In this document: one piece after another, positions 36,337 to 45,071 of the stretch
Layout of the letters: the number at the start of each line of letters is the position of its first letter
How positions within the stretch are numbered: position 1 is the stretch's first letter
Assembly (NCBI GenBank): GCA_021323865.1
Contig: JAJPKF010000025.1
Coordinates: 128,355 to 192,354, forward strand
Length of the DNA stretch: 64,000 nt
Direction of reading: 5' to 3'
Origin: Pseudomonadota bacterium
Lineage (GTDB): Bacteria; Chloroflexota; UBA5177; JAJPKF01
Position numbers and translations under genes: made by a program
The notes under the pieces: model-generated
The model's database searches: none
Told to the model about the DNA's origin: nothing
The model's input: the letters and a program-made list of their open reading frames with translations, nothing else

Positions 36337-36566
36337 GCGGAATCCTCCGGGGAGATCGGTCGCTGCGGCTTGGCGGCTTTGTCGCTGCGCTCCCGCTCGA
36401 TGCGCCGGCGGCGAATGGTTCGATAGGCCCCCTCGGCCCGCTGATAGGCGTCGGCCGCGCGCTCGCGCGACTGCCGGGAGGCCGTCTGGTCGGCCAGCAG
36501 ACCGGCCAGCGCCCGGCGCGTTTCGTTCAAGGCCGTGAGCGCCGCCTGCTCGGCGGCCGCCGTCAC
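36333..36566 (-). CDS. small coiled-coil/basic protein (77 aa)
   Basis: GTG 36566 overlaps upstream stop (GTGA); AAEQAALTALNETRRALAGLLADQTASRQSRERAADAYQRAEGAYRTIRRRRIERER. Confidence 0.55.
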   Translation of the reverse strand: MTAAAEQAALTALNETRRALAGLLADQTASRQSRERAADAYQRAEGAYRTIRRRRIERERSDKAAKPQRPISPEDSA

Positions 36567-36790
36567 GGCGTCACCTCGGTCAGCCGGCGCATCAGGTAGA
36601 TGTTCTCGTGGTACAGGTCGCTCCAGCGGCGCTGGCAGTCGGCCACGTCCTTCTCCAGCCGATCGATGCGCTCCTGCAGGCTGCGCACGTGCTCCAGGGT
36701 GGCCGAGCGCGCCGCCCAAACCTGCGAGCTGACGTAGGTGAGGACGCTCACGCCGATGGCGGTGATGGCGATGAGAACGGTCAGGCTCAT
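36563..36790 (-). CDS. small N-terminal-TM + coiled-coil protein (holin/spanin-like)
   Basis: MSLTVLIAITAIGVSVLTYVSSQVW TM then heptad-like LEHVRSLQERIDRLEKDVADCQRRW. Confidence 0.65.
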   Translation of the reverse strand: MSLTVLIAITAIGVSVLTYVSSQVWAARSATLEHVRSLQERIDRLEKDVADCQRRWSDLYHENIYLMRRLTEVTP

Positions 36791-36877
36791 GGGCGGTCGG
36801 GCCTCCGGCCCGGCGATGGTGAGCGGCGTGGGGCGGGCGCGACCGGTGCATGGCGGCAGGGGATCGAATGGCGGCCT

Positions 36878-37276
36878 TCAGACCTTCCGCAGCATCACGT
36901 ATGCCCGGTCGGGCGGCATGACCATGCCCTTGGGCTGCACCGCCAGGACGATGTACCGGGAGGCCGCGCCATACTGCTCCAGCGGCTCCTGGGCCGAGAG
37001 ACACACGGCGATGGCCGCCTGCAGCTCGCCGAGCGTGGTGGGCGCGGCGCCCAGATCGACCTCGAAGGCCGCGTCCACGGTGGCGGCCTGGGGGTTCGCG
37101 GGCGGCTTGGCGGGCGTCTGCGCCTCCGCGTCCGAGAGATCCTGCTGCCGCCAGATGGCCGGGATGGTCTTGGTGGTCCCGTCCTGGAAGTACAGCGTCA
37201 CGGCCGACTCCCGTCCCCGAAAGATGGCCCGGTAGGCGCGGCGGAGGTGGTTGACGGCATTGGGCGTGAGAGGCAT
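36878..37276 (-). CDS. hypothetical phage-like protein (132 aa)
   Basis: ATG 37276 MPLTPNAVNHLRRAYRAIF...; high GC3; no family recognised. Confidence 0.6.
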   Translation of the reverse strand: MPLTPNAVNHLRRAYRAIFRGRESAVTLYFQDGTTKTIPAIWRQQDLSDAEAQTPAKPPANPQAATVDAAFEVDLGAAPTTLGELQAAIAVCLSAQEPLEQYGAASRYIVLAVQPKGMVMPPDRAYVMLRKV

Positions 37277-37336
37277 GAACACCTGACTTTCGGAGCCGGC
37301 GGGACAGAGCAAGGATGGCAGGGTGCTTCGGCGATA

Positions 37337-37507
37337 TCAGCGCCGGTCTTCGCATCGGGTCTCCGGAATGACGGTGGCGTCGCGCGGTGGGATCGGGCGC
37401 CCCGCGGCTTCGGCGCACCGGGCGCGTGGCGCCTGGCTTCCGGCCCGGTTTCGGACCCCTGGCGAACGGCCGGCGCCAGGGGCAACGGCGTTAGGGGTGA
37501 GGGGCAT
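37337..37507 (-). pseudogene. 56-codon ORF, possible degenerate duplicate of the 5' end of the next gene
   Basis: ATG 37507 overlaps stop of the 722-aa gene (ATGA); first 8 codons MPLTPNAV match gene 36878-37276 with 5 synonymous differences; remainder R/P/A/G-rich. Confidence 0.3.
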
Positions 37508-39675
37508 CAGGCGGTGAGCGTCGCGATGTTGATGGAGGTGGTGACGTTGGCGCCGCCGTCGGGCAGGGCCACGTTGAGGGCAGTGTTGGTGGAGCCCTTG
37601 ATGCCGCCCTGTGGGAGCGGGATGGTGAACCCGCCGCCGGCGACCAGGTCGAAGGAGAAGATCAGCGTCGTGCCGTCCTTGACGGTGAGGGTCATGGGGG
37701 CCGCTGCGGTGGGCATGGTGCCGCTGCCCGAGACGGATCCGGACAGGTGGGTGAGGCGGTTCTTTTGGGAGGCGACGGCCGCCGCGGTGACGGTGTTGAC
37801 CGCGTGGGTGGCCTGGCCGGTGGCGGGCGTGGAGCTGGGCTGGGTGACGAGCTGGACGCCGATGCCGTCGCCGGCGGCGCCGAGTGAGCGGCCGCGGTCC
37901 CAGGAGGTCCCGTTGAAGACGCCGGCCATGGCGAAGGTCCAGAGGGCGGCGCTGGTGCCGGTCATGGTGTTGGCGTCGGCGGAGAGGCTGTTGATGTTGG
38001 CGATGGCCGCGGTGTTGGAGCTGAAGAGCTGGGCGAGTGCCGTCTCGGTGGTGGCTCCGGAGTAGGGGGTGATGGTTACGGCGATGGTTCCGGAGGCCCC
38101 GAAGGCCGATGCGCGCACTCGGAATTGGGAGCAGCCGGCGATGTAGGCCGCGTAGGTCGCCGAGGCACTGGCGTTGGGCGCCACCTGGCTGCCGCCCGCG
38201 AGCGTGTCCATCCTGCGGGCCTGGACGGCCTGCCAGGAGGTCCCCGCGTCGTTGGAGGCCTCGAAGACCAGCGTGGCGCCGGTGGCATAGGTGCCGGAGT
38301 AGGTGATGGTGACGCCGTCGAACCCTCCCAGGCCCGTGGCGGTGATGGGCTGAGCGGCCGCGGTGAGGTTGCCCGTGGTCTGCGGGCCTGGAGATCCGAC
38401 CGTGTAGGCGGCGCCGTTGGTGCCCTTGAGGCGGTCGAAGGTGGACCCGTTGTACACGCCGAGGGACTCCATGGCCAGGTTCTGGCCGGATGCCGCGTCC
38501 TGGGTGGCGGCCCGTTCCAGGTAGAACAGGTGGGACACGGGGTCCCAGATCGCCTCCTCCTCGACGCCGATGCCGAAGGGCGTGAAACCGCTGGTCTGTG
38601 GCCCCTGGGCGGCGAAGGTGTCGAAGACCAGGTTGGCCTGGTTGGTGTAGGTGGCGTTGGCGGTGAGCGTGACCACCTGGCCGGCCACGGAGAGGACCGT
38701 GCCGGCCTCGGGGGCCGTGCCGCCGGTGAGCAGCACCTTGGCGCCGACCGGGGGGGTTGCCTGGGCGTTGTTCAGGGTGACGGCCGCGCCCGCGATGGAC
38801 GCGATGGTGGACGTCGTGACGCCCTTGGCGTTGACGTTGCGGGCACGATCGTAGTTGCCTCCGCCGGGATCGCCGGCGTTGTACTCGTATTCCGCGGCCA
38901 CCGCGGTGCCCGTACCGGAGGCGCCGTCGAGCTCACCGGCCGCGGACCGCTCGAACTCCACTCCACCGGATCCGGAATTGAGCCCAGAGTTCCAGAGATA
39001 TGCGGCTGAGGCGGAAATGCCCGCGGGACTGGAGCCGTCGGCGATCGCCGCGTCTCGGGCCTGGTTGTACACGAAACCGGTCATGGACCAGGTGGCGGTA
39101 TGGGCCTTGGCGAACACGGCCGTGAAGGTGGTGGCGGTGACCGAGACGACGGTGACCACCTCGTTGTTGGCGCCGGTGTCGACGGAGAGCTGAGAGCCCA
39201 TCTGGATGGACCAGGCGGCTCCTCGGGTGGTGCCCGACATGGCGACCGGTGTGATCGCCCTGGTGCCGGCGGCGATGGTGGAGGGGCAGGTGGTGGCGAA
39301 GGGCATGGCCATCTGCTGTGCGCCCGTGACGATGCCCTGGGCGGGTTGCCCGTCGACGGACGTCTCCCGCTGGCGGTCGAGGTTGCCGGCGGCATTGACG
39401 AGCTGGGCCACGCCACCGGTGAGGAGGCCGTAGGCGGAGCCGCCGGGGGCCTGGTTATCGGCGTTGTGGAACTGCTGGACGGCCGCCTTGTTGTTGTGGT
39501 TGGTGGCGTCCTCGATGGTGACGGAGCCGAGGTCGACGTTGAGGGTTGCCCCACCCACGTCGACGTTGGCGCGGCCGGTTGAGTCGTAGAGGCCGGAGCT
39601 GAGGGCTCGCCAGATCGCGGCGATGAGCACCCAGGGAGCGAGGCGGCGCAGGATGGTGTTCATGTGTCTGTGCAT
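37507..39675 (-). CDS. fibre-like G/T/A-rich beta protein with N-terminal hydrophobic segment (722 aa)
   Basis: MHRHMNTILRRLAPWVLIAAIWRAL anchor; four spaced [LYFW]-D-R-x-[RK] motifs (NLDRQR, NYDRAR, TFDRLK, SWDRGR); tail-fibre-like composition. Confidence 0.7.
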   Translation of the reverse strand: MHRHMNTILRRLAPWVLIAAIWRALSSGLYDSTGRANVDVGGATLNVDLGSVTIEDATNHNNKAAVQQFHNADNQAPGGSAYGLLTGGVAQLVNAAGNLDRQRETSVDGQPAQGIVTGAQQMAMPFATTCPSTIAAGTRAITPVAMSGTTRGAAWSIQMGSQLSVDTGANNEVVTVVSVTATTFTAVFAKAHTATWSMTGFVYNQARDAAIADGSSPAGISASAAYLWNSGLNSGSGGVEFERSAAGELDGASGTGTAVAAEYEYNAGDPGGGNYDRARNVNAKGVTTSTIASIAGAAVTLNNAQATPPVGAKVLLTGGTAPEAGTVLSVAGQVVTLTANATYTNQANLVFDTFAAQGPQTSGFTPFGIGVEEEAIWDPVSHLFYLERAATQDAASGQNLAMESLGVYNGSTFDRLKGTNGAAYTVGSPGPQTTGNLTAAAQPITATGLGGFDGVTITYSGTYATGATLVFEASNDAGTSWQAVQARRMDTLAGGSQVAPNASASATYAAYIAGCSQFRVRASAFGASGTIAVTITPYSGATTETALAQLFSSNTAAIANINSLSADANTMTGTSAALWTFAMAGVFNGTSWDRGRSLGAAGDGIGVQLVTQPSSTPATGQATHAVNTVTAAAVASQKNRLTHLSGSVSGSGTMPTAAAPMTLTVKDGTTLIFSFDLVAGGGFTIPLPQGGIKGSTNTALNVALPDGGANVTTSINIATLTA

Positions 39676-39677
39676 GT

Positions 39678-40022
39678 TCAGGCGGCCGGCCCCATGGGCT
39701 TGCTGGGGAGAGTGATCGGCTGACCGGCCTGACGGCCGGGCGCGGGCCGCCCGTAGGGGTTGGCGCGTCCGGCGAGCCGGCGTCCGATGGCGCCGGCTCC
39801 CGAGTGGAGACCGGAAGCGGCGAGCCCCCAGGCGAGTCCGAGGGCGATGCCGGCGGCCCAATCGGGCGGCGGCGTCTGCCACGCGGAGAGGGCGCCGGCG
39901 GCCGCGCCCAGAAAGAGGGCCAGGATGGGCGCCAGGTGGTTGGGCAGTCCGGCAGTCCGTGCCGCCTGCACCGTCCCGGCGATGAGGGGAATGGCGGCGG
40001 CTCCGAGGAGTGCGGGTGTCAT
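39678..40022 (-). CDS. holin-like multi-TM small membrane protein (114 aa)
   Basis: MTPALLGAAAIPLIAGTVQAA..., 3 hydrophobic helices, basic tail; ATG overlaps upstream stop (ATGA); N-terminal 320 aa of the 434-aa track ORF is shadow. Confidence 0.65.
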   Translation of the reverse strand: MTPALLGAAAIPLIAGTVQAARTAGLPNHLAPILALFLGAAAGALSAWQTPPPDWAAGIALGLAWGLAASGLHSGAGAIGRRLAGRANPYGRPAPGRQAGQPITLPSKPMGPAA

Positions 40023-40978
40023 CAGGGTGTGCCTTTCCAGTCGGGATCGCCCGGCTCCGGCCTGTGCGGCAGCCCGGAGGGGCCGACGGCGGACGGTTGC
40101 GTCATGATGGGAGCGGCTTCTGCCGGCCGTTCTGCCGGCACGCCGTTCTTCGGAGACGCCGGCATGACGTTGTCCGGAGACGTCGCCGCGGGCGGTTGAA
40201 TCGCGGCAAACGACCCTTGCGGTTCGCGGGTCACCGGTGAAGCGGATGGGACAGGCTCGCCGGTCGGCAGTTCTAGCGGCGGTGCCTTGAATGCCGCGGT
40301 TTCCGCTGGGGACGGCTCGAGAGCCCTCGGCGGCTGGAGGGGACGGGCCCCCGCCACCTGCTCCCGTGACGCCTCCGTGGCCGGCGGCGGCTGGAGGGAC
40401 GTAGCCGCCGGCGTCTGCTCTTGCGGCGCCTGGACCGGCACTGTCTCCAGGCGTGAGAGACTGCCCGCCGGTATCTCGGCCGGCGCTACGCCGTTCGGGG
40501 ATACGTCGGCGGTCAGCGGCGCTTCCGCGACCCGCTCGACCGGCTGCGCCGGCCGCAGTGGCGCCGGCGCGGCCCCGATGGCAGCGTGGGTCGCGACCGA
40601 GTCGCTGACTTCGCTGGGCTGCTCCAGGAGATGGGTGAGCCCGCCGGCCGGCGCCTGGGTGGCTTCCGGCGGCCAGGCCGGTATGGCCGCAGCCGGCGCC
40701 GTCCCGGGCGCGGAGCCGGTGTTCGGAGGCGACCCGGCGCTCTCGAGGCGGCGCCATTGGCCCGGCTCGGGTCCCTCGGTACGCGCCGCCAGCCAGCAAA
40801 GCGGGCCGCCGTAATCGTCGTTGATGTGATCCGTGAAGACGACCAGGTTGACGGCGGCTGCGGCCGCGCCCCAAACGCGGACCACCAGCGCCGGGCGCAG
40901 GTCGCCGGTGTTGGGGCCACGATCGAGACGGAACAGCACCAGATCGCCGATTCGGGGTGGTGGGGAGGAAGCGGTCAT
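40022..40978 (-). CDS. protein with small SH3-like N-terminal domain and ~240-aa Pro/Ala-rich region
   Basis: AAGGAG SD; GDLVLFRLDRGPNTGDLRPALVVRVWG...VNLVVFTDHINDDYGGPLCWLAARTEGPEPGQW resembles a small domain common in phage genomes. Confidence 0.7.
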   Translation of the reverse strand: MTASSPPPRIGDLVLFRLDRGPNTGDLRPALVVRVWGAAAAAVNLVVFTDHINDDYGGPLCWLAARTEGPEPGQWRRLESAGSPPNTGSAPGTAPAAAIPAWPPEATQAPAGGLTHLLEQPSEVSDSVATHAAIGAAPAPLRPAQPVERVAEAPLTADVSPNGVAPAEIPAGSLSRLETVPVQAPQEQTPAATSLQPPPATEASREQVAGARPLQPPRALEPSPAETAAFKAPPLELPTGEPVPSASPVTREPQGSFAAIQPPAATSPDNVMPASPKNGVPAERPAEAAPIMTQPSAVGPSGLPHRPEPGDPDWKGTP

Positions 40979-41000
40979 GCAAATCTCCTTGTGTGGGGCG

Positions 41001-41489
41001 TCACACGGCCTCCGTCAGGACCACGCCGATGACGTAGTCGATGCCCAGGAGCTGGGTGCGGAGGTCGGCGACGCGCTCGGTAAGGTCGGTGAAGGCCACG
41101 CGATAGGCGTAGCCGTTGGGGTCCAGGAAGTCGAGGAGGGTGGCCACCTGCTCGTAGGAGTGGTGAAGGGCATCGCGGAGCTGCTGGCCGATCGGCCCCA
41201 TAGCGGTGCCGTCGGCGCGTTTGAGGGTGTTGAGGCAAAGCAGGTTCATGGTCCAGATGCGTTGGTTGGGGCCGCGGTCGAGGATGCGAACCGGCACGCC
41301 TCCCGTCTTGGCCGGCTCCGTGGGCAGCGAGGGCGCAACGGGTCGGCTGGGCGGCGGCAGGTTGGGCGGCGTGCCCCGAACCACCACCGGAATCGCCTGC
41401 TTGGGCCGCTTCATCTGATACGACCCCGGCTCGACGAAGTAGCCGGTGCCGTCCAGAACGACCTGGCAGTCATAGCCGAGTGTCGGCAT
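41001..41489 (-). CDS. hypothetical phage-like protein, first gene of operon
   Basis: 162-aa ORF, high GC3; no family recognised. Confidence 0.65.
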   Translation of the reverse strand: MPTLGYDCQVVLDGTGYFVEPGSYQMKRPKQAIPVVVRGTPPNLPPPSRPVAPSLPTEPAKTGGVPVRILDRGPNQRIWTMNLLCLNTLKRADGTAMGPIGQQLRDALHHSYEQVATLLDFLDPNGYAYRVAFTDLTERVADLRTQLLGIDYVIGVVLTEAV

Positions 41490-41685
41490 GGGCTCGGATG
41501 GTAACGAGATGGGTCATGGAAAGAGATCGTGCTCCTGGCTGCCGGTGTCTCTTACTCGAAGCGGTCGACGCAAGCTAGGAGAGTGCAGGCACTATGGGGA
41601 ATCGACGCCGTGCGGGGCCCGGGCTCGACTGAAGACCGGTGGTGAGAGCCCTCGCCGACAGAGCGGACCAGCGTGCTACGGCGTG

Positions 41686-41703
41686 CTGTTTCACGTGAAA
41701 CAG
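41686..41703. promoter_or_regulatory. perfect 18-bp palindrome CTGTTTCACGTGAAACAG
   Basis: Seen directly; ~200 nt upstream of the operon start at 41489, inside a 540-nt ORF-poor region. Confidence 0.4.
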
Positions 41704-42026
41704 ATGAGCACCACGTCGGGCCGTCTGATCCAGATTCACGCTCCGGGCCGGCCTGCCAAGGCATTGGACACATCGGCAGGCGGGTTCGCCTGATGGCGGT
41801 CGTCAAGCCAAGCATGTTTTGCCCACCGTTCCCAGGGCCGGCTGGCCCGAACACGCCGAACATGTTGAGGGGACTGCGCGCTTGGGATGCGGACGTGCTT
41901 TTGCCGGGCGCCGTGCCCCGTCGGACGAATCTCCGCTTGGCCTGGCCAATGCCGGGCTGCCGAGTGCCGGTCCATCGCGGCGGTTCAGGGTCTCAACGCC
42001 CTGCTGGACCCGTTCCGCGCACACGC

Positions 42027-42344
42027 TCACTCGCCCAGCCGGTCGTAGGTCTGGGGCTCGTCCGGAAGGTCATAGCCGTGGATTCCGCGATCGATCATGG
42101 GGCCGACCGGGCGGCCGCCCGCGTTGGGCGCTCGCCGGTCCAGACCCACCGGCACCTCGGCATCCGCTCCCTGCGACGGTCGGGCCCGGTAATCCAGCGC
42201 GCCCAGATCATCTCCGCCGCTCGGCGTGGGTGCCGGCCGGGGACCTGCCGGCTCCGGAAACGTGGGGTGCTCCCCAACCATGGCGTTGGGGCCGGGTAAG
42301 TGAGCAGGCCGTATGACCGTTCGGTGGCCGACGTCTGCCGCCAC
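42027..42344 (-). CDS. small G/P/D-rich hypothetical protein
   Basis: GTG 42344 lies 2 nt after upstream stop; alternative ATG (MVGEHP...); moderate GC3. Confidence 0.4.
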   Translation of the reverse strand: MAADVGHRTVIRPAHLPGPNAMVGEHPTFPEPAGPRPAPTPSGGDDLGALDYRARPSQGADAEVPVGLDRRAPNAGGRPVGPMIDRGIHGYDLPDEPQTYDRLGE

Positions 42345-42346
42345 GC

Positions 42347-42628
42347 CTAGATTCCCACCCGGTGGCCATACTGATAGCCGGCCGACTGCTCGTCGAGGCC
42401 GGGCTCCTGAGGATTGGCCGAGCCGCCCAGACCGCGCTCGCGGTCGCCCGCGGTGAATGTCGCGGGGTCGCCCCGGCGGTCGTCCGCAGGGCCTCCCGCC
42501 AGCGTGTCGATGACGAACATGTCCTGCCGTGGCCCGGCCGCCGAAACCTCGCCGCCGTAGCGGGGCGACGGCTCTTCGGCGTTGGGCATCAGCACCGCGA
42601 GCGTGACTGCGTAGGGGTCGCTATTCAT
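42347..42628 (-). CDS. small hypothetical protein (93 aa)
   Basis: Strong SD AAGGAG upstream of ATG 42628; high GC3. Confidence 0.6.
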   Translation of the reverse strand: MNSDPYAVTLAVLMPNAEEPSPRYGGEVSAAGPRQDMFVIDTLAGGPADDRRGDPATFTAGDRERGLGGSANPQEPGLDEQSAGYQYGHRVGI

Positions 42629-42847
42629 GATGAATCTCCTTTACTGGAATCGGCCGCAGGTTCGGTCCCGATTCGCGGTCATCAGGGGAGCATAGGAGCA
42701 GATGTCGCATGGATCAAGGGGCGAAAGAGAGCACATGCGTGCTTACTACGCTCGACCTGCGAGCGTCCGATGCACGGCCGCGGACTCCAGAGAGAAGCCC
42801 ATCCCGATGTCATCAAACTCAATTGAGAGATCGGCGGGACGGGTTAT

Positions 42848-42889
42848 ATCAGTCACTGTCACCGCCGAATCAGTCACTGTCACGGCCGA
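42848..42889. repeat. tandem 21-bp direct repeat (ATCAGTCACTGTCAC[C/G]GCCGA x2)
   Basis: Copies at 42848-42868 and 42869-42889 differ at one base; ~80 nt upstream of the MazG-like gene; TACAAT follows near 42917. Confidence 0.6.
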
Positions 42890-42967
42890 TCAGCAGAGGG
42901 CCGCGAATGGCAGCAGTTACGTTTTTACAATTACGTGATTGCACAGGGAGGGCGCGGCGCGAAGGGA

Positions 42968-43399
42968 ATGGTCAGACAATCCGAGCCCCAACGACCTGGC
43001 ATCAGCATTGACGACAATTCCGCCACCATCGCCCATATCAAGCGACTGGTGTCCGACTTTGTCGAGGTTCGGAACTGGCAAGACTTCCACAACCCCAAGG
43101 ACCTTGCCGCCGCGATTGCCGTGGAGGCGGCGGAGCTGCAGGAGCTACTGCTGTGGAAGTCCCCTGCCGAGGTCGTGGCCTACCTCAGCAAGTCGGAAGG
43201 CTTGGATGAGGTGCGGGCAGAGCTTGCCGACATTTTGATCCTTTGCTGCAGCCTAGCTAACCGCCTAGCGATCGACATCTCAGCCGCGTTGGTCCGGAAG
43301 CTCGCCGAGAACGAAGCTAAGTATCCGGTCGAGTGGGCCAGCGGACGGGCGGACAAGTACACTGCGCTCGGGGCCACAGCGCGGGACAGATGCACATGA
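42968..43399 (+). CDS. MazG-like nucleotide pyrophosphohydrolase (DCTPP1/YpjD-like single domain)
   Basis: FHNPKDLAAAIAVEAAELQELLLWK...EVRAELADILILCCSLANRLAIDISAALVRKLAENEAKYP; start ATG 42968 or GTG 42935. Confidence 0.85.
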   Translation: MVRQSEPQRPGISIDDNSATIAHIKRLVSDFVEVRNWQDFHNPKDLAAAIAVEAAELQELLLWKSPAEVVAYLSKSEGLDEVRAELADILILCCSLANRLAIDISAALVRKLAENEAKYPVEWASGRADKYTALGATARDRCT

Positions 43400-44334
43400 A
43401 GCTCTTCGTGGGCAATACCGACCGATCGTGGTATGCATTCCTTAGGGACAACGGCCTAAGGGCTGAGGCCAATTTTTGGCGGCCGCGGGCTCAAGACAGG
43501 AACGTGAATGTAATCGAGCCGGGCGAGCTGTTCTTTTTCAGGCTCAAGCGACCCGTGTCTGCAATCGCAGGATTCGGTGTCTTTCGACACCACACTGTAG
43601 TGCCGCTATCGTTTGCCTGGGAAGCCTTCGGCATCGAGAACGGCTGCGCGTCCTTCGACGAACTGGTGAAAATGATAGCGGTTCACCACCCCGGCGAAGA
43701 CGTCACGACCGGTGGCGACTGGCATATCGGTTGCACGGTAATCACTGACCTCGTCTTCTACCCCGAGAACGCTTGGCTAGATATGCCGATGGCGCCGGGT
43801 ATCGTCAGGGGCAAGTCCTTCGATGTGCTTGACGAAGAGGGCAGCCGCATCTGGAACCATATGATCCAAACCACGGGCGCGCTTCCGGGGATGGCTGCCG
43901 CCCCCGATCCCTTCGAACTAGTCGTGCCGAGTCAAAGACCAACGGAGCTACGACCGGTACGGCTCCGAGAACAGCAGGGCCTGTTTCGAACCATGGTCGT
44001 CGATGCCTATGGCCGCCGATGTTGCGTGACGGGGGAACGAACGCTGCCCGTTATTGACGCTGCCCACATACAGCCCTACGTCAATCGCAACAGTAATGAT
44101 GTGAAGAACGGGCTTGCCCTGCGGAAGGATATCCACAGCCTATTCGACCACGGATATGTGGCGGTCGATGACAGTTACCGGTTTCTAGTCAGTAACCGGA
44201 TCGACCAACAGTGGCACAACGGGCGGATCTATTACGACCTGCAGGGCAAGCCGATACGTCTACCGGATCGGCCCGACCGCCTACCGAGTCTCGAAGCCCT
44301 GAGGTGGCATCGTCAGCACATCTTTCACGGATAA
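43396..44334 (+). CDS. HNH endonuclease (HNH_2 type) with ~190-aa N-terminal domain of unknown, possibly PUA/EVE-like, fold
   Basis: C-terminal CCVTGERTLPVIDAAHIQPY...NGLALRKDIHSLFDHGY; ATG overlaps MazG-like stop (ATGA). Confidence 0.85.
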   Translation: MKLFVGNTDRSWYAFLRDNGLRAEANFWRPRAQDRNVNVIEPGELFFFRLKRPVSAIAGFGVFRHHTVVPLSFAWEAFGIENGCASFDELVKMIAVHHPGEDVTTGGDWHIGCTVITDLVFYPENAWLDMPMAPGIVRGKSFDVLDEEGSRIWNHMIQTTGALPGMAAAPDPFELVVPSQRPTELRPVRLREQQGLFRTMVVDAYGRRCCVTGERTLPVIDAAHIQPYVNRNSNDVKNGLALRKDIHSLFDHGYVAVDDSYRFLVSNRIDQQWHNGRIYYDLQGKPIRLPDRPDRLPSLEALRWHRQHIFHG

Positions 44335-44346
44335 CGTGACACACCC

Positions 44347-45069
44347 TCAGAGCAAGCCGTGACTGCGGAAGCTGAAAACCTCGTCGGCACCCACCACCAG
44401 ATGATCGTGCAACTGCAGGTCGACAGTGGAGGCGACCAGTGACACAGATCGGGTGAGTATGCGATCTAGGTCAGACGGTTCAGCCATGCCCGACGGATGG
44501 TTGTGGGCAAGCACAACGTACGTGGCGCGATTCTTCAGTGCACCATTTACGATCTCTCGCGCACAAACCTCGACTCGATTGAAGCTTCCTCTTCCGATCT
44601 GCTCCTCGTAGATCATGTGTGCCCCCGCGTCCATGTAGAACGCCCACATTTCTTCAGCTGACCGAGGCGCAAGGCATGCACGCACGTAAGCGTGGAGGGC
44701 AGACGGGTCAGCGAAGCTGTCGGCTGCCGACGCTCTCTGCCGCAAGTAGTGCTCGCCCGCGAGTCGCAGAAGCGACAGATCTCTCGCCGTCTTGGGTCCG
44801 ATTCCACGAACAGCCGCCAGTTCCTCGGGCGCTGCATCCATAACCTCACGGTATGAACCGAACCTCGTAACTAGCTCTTTGGCCAGCTCCTTCAGATCTC
44901 GCCGAGGTATGCAAAAGGCGAGGAGCAGCTCCACGACCTCATAGTCGTGAGCTCCATCGAAACCGCGCACCAAGAACTCTTCCCGCAGTCTTTCGCGGTG
45001 ACCTTTCCAATGTGGCGCCTTCGAACGAGCTCTACCCATGGCCTTCAAGGCAACTGTACCAAGAGCCAT
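44347..45069 (-). CDS. radC: RadC-family JAB/MPN-domain protein
   Basis: HhH region (ELAAVRGIGPKTARDL) and JAB motif VLAHNHPSGMAEPSDLD; alternative start 45039. Confidence 0.88.
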   Translation of the reverse strand: MALGTVALKAMGRARSKAPHWKGHRERLREEFLVRGFDGAHDYEVVELLLAFCIPRRDLKELAKELVTRFGSYREVMDAAPEELAAVRGIGPKTARDLSLLRLAGEHYLRQRASAADSFADPSALHAYVRACLAPRSAEEMWAFYMDAGAHMIYEEQIGRGSFNRVEVCAREIVNGALKNRATYVVLAHNHPSGMAEPSDLDRILTRSVSLVASTVDLQLHDHLVVGADEVFSFRSHGLL

Positions 45070-45071
45070 CG

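Noticed and set aside
36333-37418. 361-aa minus-strand ORF
   Set aside because: Only the last 77 codons (from GTG 36566, overlapping the upstream stop) look protein-like. The rest overlaps the better-supported genes 36563-36790 and 36878-37276 in another frame.
39678-40982. 434-aa minus-strand ORF
   Set aside because: The N-terminal ~320 aa are R/G/A/P shadow of the 318-aa gene in another frame. Only the last 114 codons (ATG 40022) encode a plausible multi-TM protein.
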